The position numbers were made by a program, and so were the translations under genes. A stretch of DNA of 64,000 bases from a bacterium (lineage in GTDB: Bacteria; Electryoneota; JAOADG01): contig OY820579.1 of the NCBI GenBank assembly GCA_963681965.1, positions 1,799,379-1,863,378 of the forward strand. The letters run 5' to 3'. Below are positions 1 to 9,594 of the stretch, in pieces (within the stretch, counting starts at the first letter, position 1; the number at the start of each line of letters is the position of its first letter). The notes under the pieces were generated by a model. It was not told the DNA's origin and did no database searches. It worked only from the letters and a program-made list of their open reading frames with translations.

Positions 1-755
1 GTCCTTATTCACTCGATTATATCAAGCAGTTCGATCCCGACTTTTTGGAACTGAACGGCGATCGTGGATTTCGCAATGACCGTGCGGTTGTCGGCGGACT
101 GTGTAATATCGACGGTATCCCGGTGATGGTGATCGCTCAGCAAAAAGGGCGAGGAACCAAAGAAAACCTACTTCGCAATTTCGGTATGAGTCATCCGGAA
201 GGGTATCGTAAAGCGATGCGCTTGATGAAAGTTGCGGAACGGTTCAGCGTACCGGTCGTTTCGTTGATCGATACTCCTGGTGCTTATCCCGGTATCGGCG
301 CTGAAGAGCGTGGTCAAGCAGAAGCAATTGCCCGCAATCTATTCGAGATGATCAATCTCAAGACACCGACTATTACGGTGATCATCGGCGAAGGCGGTAG
401 CGGTGGCGCTTTGGCTTTAGCTGTCATGGATCGCGTTCTAATGATGGAATTCGCGATCTATTCGGTGATATCACCCGAAGGGTGCGCATCGATTTTGTTC
501 CGTGACAGCTCGCAAGCAGAAAAAGCTGCGGAAAATCTAAAAATCACTGCCAATGATCTGGAGTCTCTCGGTGTAATCGATGAAATCATTCCAGAACCGT
601 TGGGTGGTGCTCACCGTGACTATTCGACTGCTGCCATCAACGTTCAGAAAGCGATCGGACGTAATCTCCGCGAGTTGATGGCGATCCAAAATCCCGATTG
701 GCAGCAAATGCGCATCGAGAAATATTCAAAGATGGGAGTATTTACGGTTGACTGA
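1..755 (+). CDS. accA: acetyl-CoA carboxylase carboxyltransferase subunit alpha (5' end outside window; in-frame from nt 3)
   Basis: Translation ...LDYIKQFDPDFLELNGDRGFRNDRAVVGG...GGSGGALALAV... matches the AccA carboxyltransferase core; the reading frame is open back to the window edge. Confidence 0.9.
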   Translation, partial: PYSLDYIKQFDPDFLELNGDRGFRNDRAVVGGLCNIDGIPVMVIAQQKGRGTKENLLRNFGMSHPEGYRKAMRLMKVAERFSVPVVSLIDTPGAYPGIGAEERGQAEAIARNLFEMINLKTPTITVIIGEGGSGGALALAVMDRVLMMEFAIYSVISPEGCASILFRDSSQAEKAAENLKITANDLESLGVIDEIIPEPLGGAHRDYSTAAINVQKAIGRNLRELMAIQNPDWQQMRIEKYSKMGVFTVD

Positions 756-1215
756 ACCGTGGATCATTACCACCTCAGTCCGGGTACGTTACGCCGACAC
801 CGATAAAATGGGTGTAATGTATTATGGGCGCTATATGGAATTGTTCGAAGTCGGTCGTACCGAATGGATTCGCGCCTGTTGGCGACCTTATGTCGAAATC
901 GAACGTGAAGGTGTTTTACTGCCGGTAGTGCATGCTGCAGCGACCTACCGGCAGAGTTTTCACTATGATGATCTAATCCAGATCCGGACTTTCCCAGTCG
1001 GAATACAGAAAGCTAGAATTAGATTTGGATATGAACTATTTGGTGATAACGATCAGCAACCGCGAATTATCGGTCTAACTGAACACGCTTTTGTCGATGA
1101 ATCCGGTAAGACCGTCAGAATACCGAGTAAATTGGCGCAGCTACTATCCGGGCGCGTTCCCGAGCAGTTAACGAAATTCGATTTACGCGACCATCTGTTG
1201 TCTTCGAACGGGTGA
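748..1215 (+). CDS. acyl-CoA thioesterase, YbgC/4HBT hotdog family
   Basis: TTG start overlapping the accA stop; N-terminus VRVRYADTDKMGVMYYGRYMELFE is typical of hotdog-fold thioesterases; 155 aa. Confidence 0.75.
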   Translation: MTEPWIITTSVRVRYADTDKMGVMYYGRYMELFEVGRTEWIRACWRPYVEIEREGVLLPVVHAAATYRQSFHYDDLIQIRTFPVGIQKARIRFGYELFGDNDQQPRIIGLTEHAFVDESGKTVRIPSKLAQLLSGRVPEQLTKFDLRDHLLSSNG

Positions 1216-1313
1216 AACAAACTAATTTCTGGAACATCTTAGCCCTAGCGACGTTGAATGTGAAGATAACAGTGTTTCGAATCACTTTTTCTGTGAATTG
1301 ACTATCCAACGCT

Positions 1314-1342
1314 CTTGACAATGCGTAACACCAAATGTAGAT
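1314..1342 (+). promoter_or_regulatory. candidate sigma70-like promoter (TTGACA-17nt-TAGATT) upstream of the porU operon
   Basis: TTGACA at 1314-1319 and TAGATT at 1337-1342 with a 17-nt spacer; if this is an FCB-type organism the promoter consensus may differ. Confidence 0.25.
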
Positions 1343-1438
1343 TGTATCATATTATTGGAGAATGCCCTTAGCACCTTGCGACCGAACTAGGTTTGGCTAA
1401 ATATAACCTGATCGACAACTCTGTCGATCACAGTTGTG

Positions 1439-1460
1439 CCGAACCTTGGGTTCGGTTTTT
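1439..1460 (+). terminator. hairpin plus T-run (ccgaacc-ttg-ggttcgg-ttttt) 20 nt upstream of the porU start; leader terminator or attenuator-like
   Basis: Perfect 7-bp GC-containing stem followed by TTTTT, read directly from the sequence. Confidence 0.35.
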
Positions 1461-1480
1461 CGTTTGTTTGGAGAGATGGA

Positions 1481-4400
1481 ATGCGGTGGTTTTCGGTATT
1501 AATCTTCATTTTAATAACCAGTTCGTTTGCAAGTTCAAGGTTGCCTTCGAATACGCTTCCACTTGCCGGAGTGGCGCTCCGAGTCTCGACTTATGAACAA
1601 CTCGATTTCACCGTTTCCAGTGATATTGTGAATCGGGAATCGAAACCGGGATCTTGGAAAGTGAAAGCGATTGATGGAACCTACCGGGTCGATCGAAATG
1701 GTCTGAAACATCCAGCGAAATTAGTATGGATTGCCGTTCCTCCCGGAAAACGGGTTCAGTTGACCTCGATAAAACCACAATCGACTTCATATCTGTCGGG
1801 TACGCTCGAACCTGCAATCTCCGATACGGCTAGGTCTGACTTGTTACGCGCTATGACTGGATCGAATTGGATTGAAATTGGAGAGCTGAATACTTTGCTG
1901 GGACATACTGTTGTGCCAGTATATATCATGTTTGCCGTTCAAAATGGCAATAGTATTGCGTACTCCAGCAACATCGCTGTTTCACTGCGGTTTGTTGACA
2001 TTACTTCGACACAATCCGTCGATCGAACACAATTGGCGCCGCTTCCCGATTATATTTTGAATCATTCGACGGCGAACAGATGGCGAACCTCGCGATCTTC
2101 AATCATGTCGCTAACTCAAACATCAACTGTTGCCCCGATAGGACCACTGTACCGAATTTCAACCAATTCCGAGGGAATTACTGAAATCACAGGAGCGGAA
2201 TTACAGCGAGCCGGAATCAATCTATCCCAAATCGATCCTCTTTCAATTAGATTATTGAGTAATTCGGCAAAGCCATTGGATGAAGCGTTGACAGCGGCGT
2301 TAAAAGAACCGTGGAATGAAATTGCAATTCTTGTGGAAGACGGAAACGACGGTAGATTCGATCCAACCGATCGCATCTTGTTTTACGGTGAATCCACATA
2401 CGGTTGGTCCCGGAACTCTAATTCAACTTTCAGCCATTGGTTATCTCCATATACGCGCAAAGCGACTTATTTTCTCGATTTGAATCAAGGTGGATTACCC
2501 GGTCGCAGAATGTCATCACTCCCATCTGCCAACGATGAATTACTGGTGACCACAGCTATTGGTCGCTACCTTCGCGAAGACGATTTAAGCTGCTTTGCCA
2601 ATGCATCATTCACTACCTCCGGAACACGATGGGTGGGTCCGTTATTGACGAATACCTCGGATATCATTCTGACTTTGCCACTTGCCGGCGCAGTTGCTTC
2701 ACCTACCGGTATCGTAAAATTTTCTTCTCGGTGGGTATCAACCGATAATCTTTATCCATCCAATGGAAGATTTCTTTTGAACGGAACGCAATTCGACGCA
2801 TCATCGTTTTCCTATTACGATATTGTGATCAATAATCAGGCGAGCGCTTCGTTATTGCATGAGGGAGCGAATCAATTTACTGCGCGGAAAACGGGGAGCC
2901 ACGATTTTTACTTCGACTGGTTGGAAGTTGAATATCCCCGCGATTTGACCATGCGGAATGGAAAGTTATTTGCCGATGTAACTATCGGATCGAAATATCG
3001 GGTGAACATCACCACCACGACGCTTCCCTATGTATTCGAGGTTTCGAATCGCGATAGTGTTCGATGGATTCACAATAAGAGCTTTGCCGATTCTGGATCT
3101 TCATTACAGTATCGCCGCTACGTGGCATTCGACGAAGATGCCTTTTTACATGTAGTATCGATCGACCCCGCACGTTTTGGTGGTGAAGATTACTCCTATC
3201 TTCGGGACACAACATTATCGGCAGATTATTTATTGATCTACGATGACGATTATCACGATCCCGCCAAGAAATTGCGCGATTACCGGATCTCACATAATTC
3301 GGTTGATGCGAAGATGATCCGAATTCAGGATATTTACGATTGTTTCTCCGGGGGGAATGTCGATCCTGTCGCGATTAGGAATTTTCTTCGGTATACCGTC
3401 ACCTCTTGGTCGCGTTCTCATTCGATTCCCAAATATGTCATGTTATTCGGCGATGGCGACTACGATTATCGTGGAATTCTTCAACCGAATACTAATCGAC
3501 CGATTCCGGCATACGAAATCAGTACTTATGCCACGGACGATTATTTTACCAGATTGACTGGTTCGACTGCATTACCCGAAATGATATCTGCACGCTTACC
3601 GCTCCAAACGCCCCGACAGATGGATGCTTGGGTAGATAAATTGATGACCTACGAAACACAGCCGGTACCCGGAACATGGCGGAATAAAATCGTTTTATGT
3701 GCCGATGATGAGTATGGACAAGGCGGAACCTATGATGCATTTGAGCAAACCCATACCGAAAAAACCGAAGATATTTCCCGACGACTGATTCCAAATACAT
3801 ACGAGCAAGTGAAAATATACCTACTTGAATATCCTGCAATCGTCGATCCAGTTCAATTAGCAAATGTCAAACCGGAAGCAAATGCCGCATTATTGACCGA
3901 ACTCGAGCGCGGTGCTTTGATGGTGAATTGGATCGGGCATGGCAATCCGCGAGTTTGGGCGCACGAGCAATTGTTGCGTGAAAGTCGCGATTTAAACCGG
4001 ATTAATACCGGGATGAAACTGCCACTTTGGCTGGGTTTCACTTGCGATTGGGCTTACTGGGACGATGCCGCGGTTCAAAGTATGCCGGAAAAATTGTTAG
4101 GCTTATCGAACAATGGAGCGCTGGCGGTCGTTGCAGCAACTCGACCAACTGGTGCCGATCCCAATGAAATTTTAGCCGATTACTTTTTCCGGGCAATACT
4201 GGACACATTGCAGCATCCCCACCGGTCGATTGCCGAAGCGCTGACATTGGCAAAAGTCCAATCGGGAACCGATGCCCCGTATTCTCGCGCCAATTCCAGT
4301 TTATATACCTCGCTATGCGATCCGTTGACACGATTGGCATTGCCGGAATACGATATCGGAATCGATTCGATAACTCCATCGCCGATTACCCCATTGGCTC

Positions 4401-5383
4401 GCTCAATGACCCATGGTAAAGTAGTAATACAAGATGGATCCAGTCTTAGCGATGGTCAACTTACCGTCACATTGCGCAGTTCGCCATTGAAGCGAGTACA
4501 TCATTGGGATGATGATCCATCGAATTCAGCCATAACTTATTTCAAACCGGGAAGATTGCTGTTCCGAGGTACGACGACATTGACGGATACTAGTTTCCGA
4601 ACCCCATTATTGTTGCCGCTTGATGTTACCTATAATGACAGCGCAACTGCTTATGCTTATGCGAACGGTAGTTGGGGTGCGGCATCGGGAATTCTGATCA
4701 ATCAACGCACCGATTCGGTTTGCGCGAATTTACGCGATACGATTCCGCCTGCGATAAAGCTTTTTATTAACAATCGAGAATTTCGTAGCGATGATATTGT
4801 GAATGACAACCCGATTTTACTAGCCGATATCGTCGACTCCAGTGGTGTAAATTTGACCGGTGAAATCGGACATCGTATTATTGCAACGATTGACGGCAAG
4901 GATCTGGATTTTACCGAACAATTCGCCTACATGAACAATCAAGTCACCAAGGGAACGGTAGAATCGCCACTAGGCTTCCTCGATCCGGGCAAACATCACT
5001 TGCGACTGGTTGCCTTTGATGGTGCTAATAATCCCGGAGTCGCCGTGATTGATTTCGAAGTTGCCTCGACCTCTTCGGAGTTATCGGTGCGGAATCTGTT
5101 GAACTATCCGAATCCAATCAGTGGAAACACGGCTTTTACGTTCGAATGTTCCGTTGCCGGAACGGCTTCGATCGATATTTATTCAATACACGGTACAAAA
5201 ATCCGGTCAATATCTAGTTTCCCGATTCACATCGGGTACAACTATCCTTCGGAGGCGACATGGGATGCACGCGATAAAGATGGCGTGGATGTTGCCAACG
5301 GGGTTTATCTATGGCGACTAAAAGCGAAAGCCGACGATGGACGATCGGTGGATGCTACCGGTCGCGCAGCGGTTTTACGATAA
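1481..5383 (+). CDS. porU: PorU-like peptidase C25 family protein with T9SS C-terminal domain (candidate T9SS C-terminal signal peptidase)
   Basis: ATG at 1481 preceded by a GGAGAG RBS; signal peptide MRWFSVLIFILITSSFASS; C25-like candidate catalytic dyad (WIGHGN ... LGFTCDWAY); C-terminal ~90 aa resembles a T9SS CTD (NYPNPISGNTAFTF...GVYLWRLKA); located immediately upstream of porV, as in Bacteroidota. Confidence 0.7.
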   Translation: MRWFSVLIFILITSSFASSRLPSNTLPLAGVALRVSTYEQLDFTVSSDIVNRESKPGSWKVKAIDGTYRVDRNGLKHPAKLVWIAVPPGKRVQLTSIKPQSTSYLSGTLEPAISDTARSDLLRAMTGSNWIEIGELNTLLGHTVVPVYIMFAVQNGNSIAYSSNIAVSLRFVDITSTQSVDRTQLAPLPDYILNHSTANRWRTSRSSIMSLTQTSTVAPIGPLYRISTNSEGITEITGAELQRAGINLSQIDPLSIRLLSNSAKPLDEALTAALKEPWNEIAILVEDGNDGRFDPTDRILFYGESTYGWSRNSNSTFSHWLSPYTRKATYFLDLNQGGLPGRRMSSLPSANDELLVTTAIGRYLREDDLSCFANASFTTSGTRWVGPLLTNTSDIILTLPLAGAVASPTGIVKFSSRWVSTDNLYPSNGRFLLNGTQFDASSFSYYDIVINNQASASLLHEGANQFTARKTGSHDFYFDWLEVEYPRDLTMRNGKLFADVTIGSKYRVNITTTTLPYVFEVSNRDSVRWIHNKSFADSGSSLQYRRYVAFDEDAFLHVVSIDPARFGGEDYSYLRDTTLSADYLLIYDDDYHDPAKKLRDYRISHNSVDAKMIRIQDIYDCFSGGNVDPVAIRNFLRYTVTSWSRSHSIPKYVMLFGDGDYDYRGILQPNTNRPIPAYEISTYATDDYFTRLTGSTALPEMISARLPLQTPRQMDAWVDKLMTYETQPVPGTWRNKIVLCADDEYGQGGTYDAFEQTHTEKTEDISRRLIPNTYEQVKIYLLEYPAIVDPVQLANVKPEANAALLTELERGALMVNWIGHGNPRVWAHEQLLRESRDLNRINTGMKLPLWLGFTCDWAYWDDAAVQSMPEKLLGLSNNGALAVVAATRPTGADPNEILADYFFRAILDTLQHPHRSIAEALTLAKVQSGTDAPYSRANSSLYTSLCDPLTRLALPEYDIGIDSITPSPITPLARSMTHGKVVIQDGSSLSDGQLTVTLRSSPLKRVHHWDDDPSNSAITYFKPGRLLFRGTTTLTDTSFRTPLLLPLDVTYNDSATAYAYANGSWGAASGILINQRTDSVCANLRDTIPPAIKLFINNREFRSDDIVNDNPILLADIVDSSGVNLTGEIGHRIIATIDGKDLDFTEQFAYMNNQVTKGTVESPLGFLDPGKHHLRLVAFDGANNPGVAVIDFEVASTSSELSVRNLLNYPNPISGNTAFTFECSVAGTASIDIYSIHGTKIRSISSFPIHIGYNYPSEATWDARDKDGVDVANGVYLWRLKAKADDGRSVDATGRAAVLR

Positions 5384-5405
5384 TGGAATCAATACGGAGG
5401 ATTGC

Positions 5406-6452
5406 ATGAAACGACTACTGATTTCAGTGCTAATGGGAATGATTGCACTGTTGATCTGCGCCCAGGCTTATGCCGGAGTTTCGGAAGCTGCGGCATTATT
5501 CCTGAAAATTTCCCCGGGTGCCCGGTACGGTGGCATGGGTGAAGCCGGTGTTGCACTGACCGACGATGCCAGTGCGACGTGGTGGAATCCCGCCGGACTC
5601 GGATTTCAGAACCAGCGACAGATTACTATGATGCACGCAAATTGGTTGCCGCAGTTCCATCTTCCCGACCTATACTACGACTTTATTTCGTACGTGCACA
5701 CTGTTCCTGAAGTAGGAACATTCGGTGGTCAGATTATCTTCCTCAATTTGGGAACTTCGACCAGAACCGATGAAGTCGGTAACGAACAGGGAACATTCTC
5801 GACCTACGAAGGGGCATTGGGAGCTTCCTACGGTACGCAACTTAATCAGCAGACTGCGCTCGGTATCAGTTTTAGAGTGATTTACTCGCATCTATCCGAT
5901 CGTGGCGCTGGTGCTGAAAAAGGTTCCGGGAGCGCAACCGGAGTTGGAGTCGATGTCGGCGTAATCCATAAGGCGAAGTTTCTCAAGGGTCTTCAGTACG
6001 GTGCGAACTTGTCGAATATGGGTCCGAAAATTTCCTATATCGATGCCGCTCAAGCCGATCCCATTCCGACCAATTTGAAATTAGGCGTTGCATATCACTT
6101 ACTCGATACCGAATTCAACAAAGTAACATTTGTAGCCGATGTCGATAAGGAACTGGTTCGCAAATACAGTGATGGTACATCCGATCCATTTTATGTAGCA
6201 TTGGTTACTAGTTGGACTGATGAGCCATTGATTCAGGAAATGATTTATCACGTTGGCGCTGAATATTGGTATACGAATTTGGTCGGATTGCGGATGGGCT
6301 ACTGGAACGACCAACAAGGTAAAGTCAAACCATTGACGTTCGGTGCTTCGCTGCAATATTCGGTCTATCGTTTCGATTTTAGCTATGTTTCCGCCGGTGA
6401 AGGACATCCTTTGACCGATACAATGCGCTTCTCGCTATCGATTGGTCTCTAA
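5406..6452 (+). CDS. porV: PorV/LptO-family outer membrane beta-barrel (T9SS shuttle protein)
   Basis: GGAGG RBS then ATG at 5406; signal peptide MKRLLISVLMGMIALLICAQAYA; conserved PorV N-terminal motif GARYGGMGEAGVALTDDASATWWNPAG; FadL-like barrel pattern; adjacent to porU. Confidence 0.75.
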   Translation: MKRLLISVLMGMIALLICAQAYAGVSEAAALFLKISPGARYGGMGEAGVALTDDASATWWNPAGLGFQNQRQITMMHANWLPQFHLPDLYYDFISYVHTVPEVGTFGGQIIFLNLGTSTRTDEVGNEQGTFSTYEGALGASYGTQLNQQTALGISFRVIYSHLSDRGAGAEKGSGSATGVGVDVGVIHKAKFLKGLQYGANLSNMGPKISYIDAAQADPIPTNLKLGVAYHLLDTEFNKVTFVADVDKELVRKYSDGTSDPFYVALVTSWTDEPLIQEMIYHVGAEYWYTNLVGLRMGYWNDQQGKVKPLTFGASLQYSVYRFDFSYVSAGEGHPLTDTMRFSLSIGL

Positions 6453-6504
6453 TCGATGAACGATCCTAACAACGCTGTCGGCACATCTACAAGGACGGAT
6501 TGCA

Positions 6505-9500
6505 GTGACTAATCGATTGTACTTAATAGCGGGTTTGATTGCGGTACTGGTTTCGGTTTCGGTGGCAGTATCTACTCCACTAAAACCGTTATTTCGAGGA
6601 GTGAAGTCCGGTTCCGATTTCAAATCGCGGTCGATTGTCAGCTTGCGTCCGACGATGCGGATTCTCGCAATTCGTGTCGATTTTCCACGCGATACCATTT
6701 CGACTACGACCGGTGATGGTGGTTTCGATTTTGGAAATCGCGAAGGACGCAAAATCGATCCGCCTCCACATGACAGCAGTTATTTTCAAGATCAGTTCAA
6801 ATTTGTCGATCACTATTTTCGACAAGTTTCGGGAAACCGATTGTCGATGGAGGCTACGGTTTTTCCCTCCGGCAATCGTATTGCTTACCGAATGTCTGAG
6901 CCGATTTGGCATTATCATCCCGATCCTGCCGACAACGACTTGACCAATCAACGGATTACCGAATTGTGGCGGGAAGCATGGAACGCCGCGGGTCAAGATC
7001 CCAATGTTCACTTTTATACTGTGAGTGGGACTGATACCATTCCTAATTACGACCTCTATGTTGTTTTGCATGCCGGTTCTGGAAATGAATACGATTTAGG
7101 GTATGACGATACTCCGTTCGACATCCCTTCGGGATTCATGACCAAAGCTGATTATTCAAAATATTTATCCATAACCAATCCCCGTGGATTACCCATAACG
7201 ACTTCTGACGGTGGCACCTTCTACATCCCGGAAGGTGCCTTACTGCCGGAGATGTCGTCGCAGAAAACCGGTTCCGAATGGATCGATATCGGAGTCGGAG
7301 GTCTTTATACATTTTTACTCGGTCGATCGATCGGTATGCCGTTCCTGTACGATGTCGACAAGGGAACCTCGCGAGTTGGACGGTGGAGCCTGATGGATCG
7401 TGGATTCGGAACGTTTTTCGGTATTCTTCCCGGATATCCCGACGCCTATACTCGAATGCGGATGGGCTGGGTACAACCAGTTCCAGCACCCGATACCGGC
7501 ATCGTGGAACTTCGAATTCCGCAGGATACACTCCATCCCACGCTGCCTGAAGTCATGCGGTTCGAAGGTGCCGGCGACGAATATTATCTGATGGAAGCCC
7601 GGAATCGCGATCCTGATTCGGTGAAATGTGCTTATGTCTATGATGTTGCCGGACATCGTGCCAAACTGACCGATCAATATGAAATCGAACTTGATACCTC
7701 ACTCGCTAATTCATTTGGCGTGATCGTTCGTGCCGATAATTACGAATTCGATACACCCGGTAGTGGAGTGCTCGTTTGGCGCGTGAATGCTGCTGAAGAG
7801 CGACGTCGTACCGCGTTGAATATCCCTTTCCAAACCGGTTCTATACCGTATGTTTTGAAATTAATCGAAGCCGATGGTTCCGAGGATTTCGGTCAGAATT
7901 ACGATATGTTTTCACCCGGGAGTGGTACTGAAACCGGATCTCCCTACGATGCATTTTTCCGGAATAATACCGAATGGTCGCATGCCAATGGCGACGATGG
8001 CGCAGTTCGCTTTTCACGCGAAGTAAATCCCCCGGCAATCACTTCGAATGGTGCGCCACTACAGTTTACACTTGGGCAATTCTCTTCAGTTGGTTGGACG
8101 ATGTCCTTCCGGGTTTATCGAAATTCGAATCAACTGGAAGGCGAGAAACGGTTCCGGATTTCGCCGTCGAAGTCACCCGTCGTAGCAATTCCCTTTGATG
8201 TGAACAACGACCGCTTCGATGAAGTTTGGATTGCCGACAGTAATGCCATTTACGGACTTACTACCGATGGAAATTGGATCGGCACCGACACAATCCGATT
8301 CGTAACGCACGATCAGACCACAGGTGCGATGCTGGATTCGATTGCTTCGCCGGCACTATTCCACTTCGACGGTCCTCCGATTCGGAAAATGGTCTTTCAT
8401 AACGCTTCCGGATCGTTGCGAATATTAGCCTATCGATGTTATGCCGATGGTAGCGGAAAACGATTGACAGATTATGCTTGCACACTGCCAATTTCCGGAG
8501 CAGTGTCGTTATCGCAACATTCGATCGATCTACCGGGAGCAGTGACTACACTTGCTTGCGACGAAACCAGTAATCAGTGGATTGTTGGATTGAGTGATTA
8601 TGCAATTGTACGCGATTCGATCCGGACCAATCCACAATTAGTAATGACGTTTATCAATCGATCTTATCATCTCGATATTCTGAATCCGAGTGGCACAGAT
8701 CTCGAATTTCCACTCCCATCGGATCTATCGGGAAATCCGGAAATCTTTGGTTTAAACTCTACTGTTCCGCTGGCAGGTGTTGGAAATCGATTATACCGGT
8801 ATTCCGGAACGGAATGGTCCCTTGATCCTTCGTTTTCGATGGTCGCCGATTCGATTAAAGCGATTGGCTGGACAAGTGAAAACGCTGTTGTTATTACTCG
8901 CAACCAGTGGCTATTAACCAATGGTAAATCGCTTCGAACCGGATTTCCGCGCAGATTGCCATCCTCTTCAGCGCCAATATCTTTGGTGGCTGCCAAGACA
9001 ACACAAACCGATCCGGTAATCTGGTACGGCACCGAAACCGGTGAATTATGGAAATTGTATCGTGATCGAGTGGATCGCAATTATCCGATTGCGATCGGTA
9101 TTCAACCCGTGGACGGTTTGGTTTTGTTGACTGCTCATCATATACCTACTGCTCCGGATTCGGTGCGATTGGCAGCGGTGTCTCGCGATGGTGTGGTTTT
9201 TTTGACGACTTTACCCTTATCGGATGTTGAAGCGGCTACTTGGGCAGCCCCTGCCGGTACCGGCTCCGGATTACCGAATTCTACTCCCGAACGGGATTGG
9301 TCGGTGATGTACGATAACGGTCTCTCGTATGCATTCGTATGGCCCAATCCGATCAAGGGGAATCAGGGATTTGTCCGGGTAGGGTCAAATCAAGCCGGAA
9401 TGTCCCAAGCCAAAGCCGAAGTATTCGACGTTATCGGAGAGCGAATCGCGACACTACATAATCCCTATCCAGTAGAAGGGGGCGGGTACGAATGGCGCTG

Positions 9501-9594
9501 GGATGTTTCTTCAGTCTCGCGTGGTTTGTATATCGTTCGCGTTCAAGTTCCCGGTGCTCCGGTTAAAATGATCAAAGCAGCGGTGGTAAAATGA
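6505..9594 (+). CDS. M6 (immune inhibitor A)-like pseudo-metallopeptidase with T9SS C-terminal sorting domain
   Basis: GTG start after an AAGGACGGA RBS; signal peptide; M6-like landmarks are LAIRVDFPRD, HAGSGNE, GRWSLMDRG and YTRMRMGW, but the HEXXH position reads FLLGR; C-terminus PNPIKGNQGFVRV...GLYIVRVQVPG is a type-A T9SS CTD. Confidence 0.6.
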   Translation: MTNRLYLIAGLIAVLVSVSVAVSTPLKPLFRGVKSGSDFKSRSIVSLRPTMRILAIRVDFPRDTISTTTGDGGFDFGNREGRKIDPPPHDSSYFQDQFKFVDHYFRQVSGNRLSMEATVFPSGNRIAYRMSEPIWHYHPDPADNDLTNQRITELWREAWNAAGQDPNVHFYTVSGTDTIPNYDLYVVLHAGSGNEYDLGYDDTPFDIPSGFMTKADYSKYLSITNPRGLPITTSDGGTFYIPEGALLPEMSSQKTGSEWIDIGVGGLYTFLLGRSIGMPFLYDVDKGTSRVGRWSLMDRGFGTFFGILPGYPDAYTRMRMGWVQPVPAPDTGIVELRIPQDTLHPTLPEVMRFEGAGDEYYLMEARNRDPDSVKCAYVYDVAGHRAKLTDQYEIELDTSLANSFGVIVRADNYEFDTPGSGVLVWRVNAAEERRRTALNIPFQTGSIPYVLKLIEADGSEDFGQNYDMFSPGSGTETGSPYDAFFRNNTEWSHANGDDGAVRFSREVNPPAITSNGAPLQFTLGQFSSVGWTMSFRVYRNSNQLEGEKRFRISPSKSPVVAIPFDVNNDRFDEVWIADSNAIYGLTTDGNWIGTDTIRFVTHDQTTGAMLDSIASPALFHFDGPPIRKMVFHNASGSLRILAYRCYADGSGKRLTDYACTLPISGAVSLSQHSIDLPGAVTTLACDETSNQWIVGLSDYAIVRDSIRTNPQLVMTFINRSYHLDILNPSGTDLEFPLPSDLSGNPEIFGLNSTVPLAGVGNRLYRYSGTEWSLDPSFSMVADSIKAIGWTSENAVVITRNQWLLTNGKSLRTGFPRRLPSSSAPISLVAAKTTQTDPVIWYGTETGELWKLYRDRVDRNYPIAIGIQPVDGLVLLTAHHIPTAPDSVRLAAVSRDGVVFLTTLPLSDVEAATWAAPAGTGSGLPNSTPERDWSVMYDNGLSYAFVWPNPIKGNQGFVRVGSNQAGMSQAKAEVFDVIGERIATLHNPYPVEGGGYEWRWDVSSVSRGLYIVRVQVPGAPVKMIKAAVVK

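Noticed and set aside
1436-1480. The six-frame track starts the porU ORF at 1436 (MPNLGFGFSFVWRDG...).
   Set aside because: The extension has no signal peptide character and runs through the leader hairpin and T-run. ATG 1481 has a GGAGAG RBS and opens with a classic signal peptide.
6589-7071. Many 60-180-aa minus-strand ORFs (e.g. 6589..7071, 16127..16540, 30629..30979, 34722..35255, 35245..35751, 38693..39154, 47843..48355) and small + ORFs in alternative frames.
   Set aside because: All lie entirely inside long + strand genes with strong homology-type signatures. They are shadow ORFs typical of GC-skewed codon usage; none has an RBS or its own terminator.
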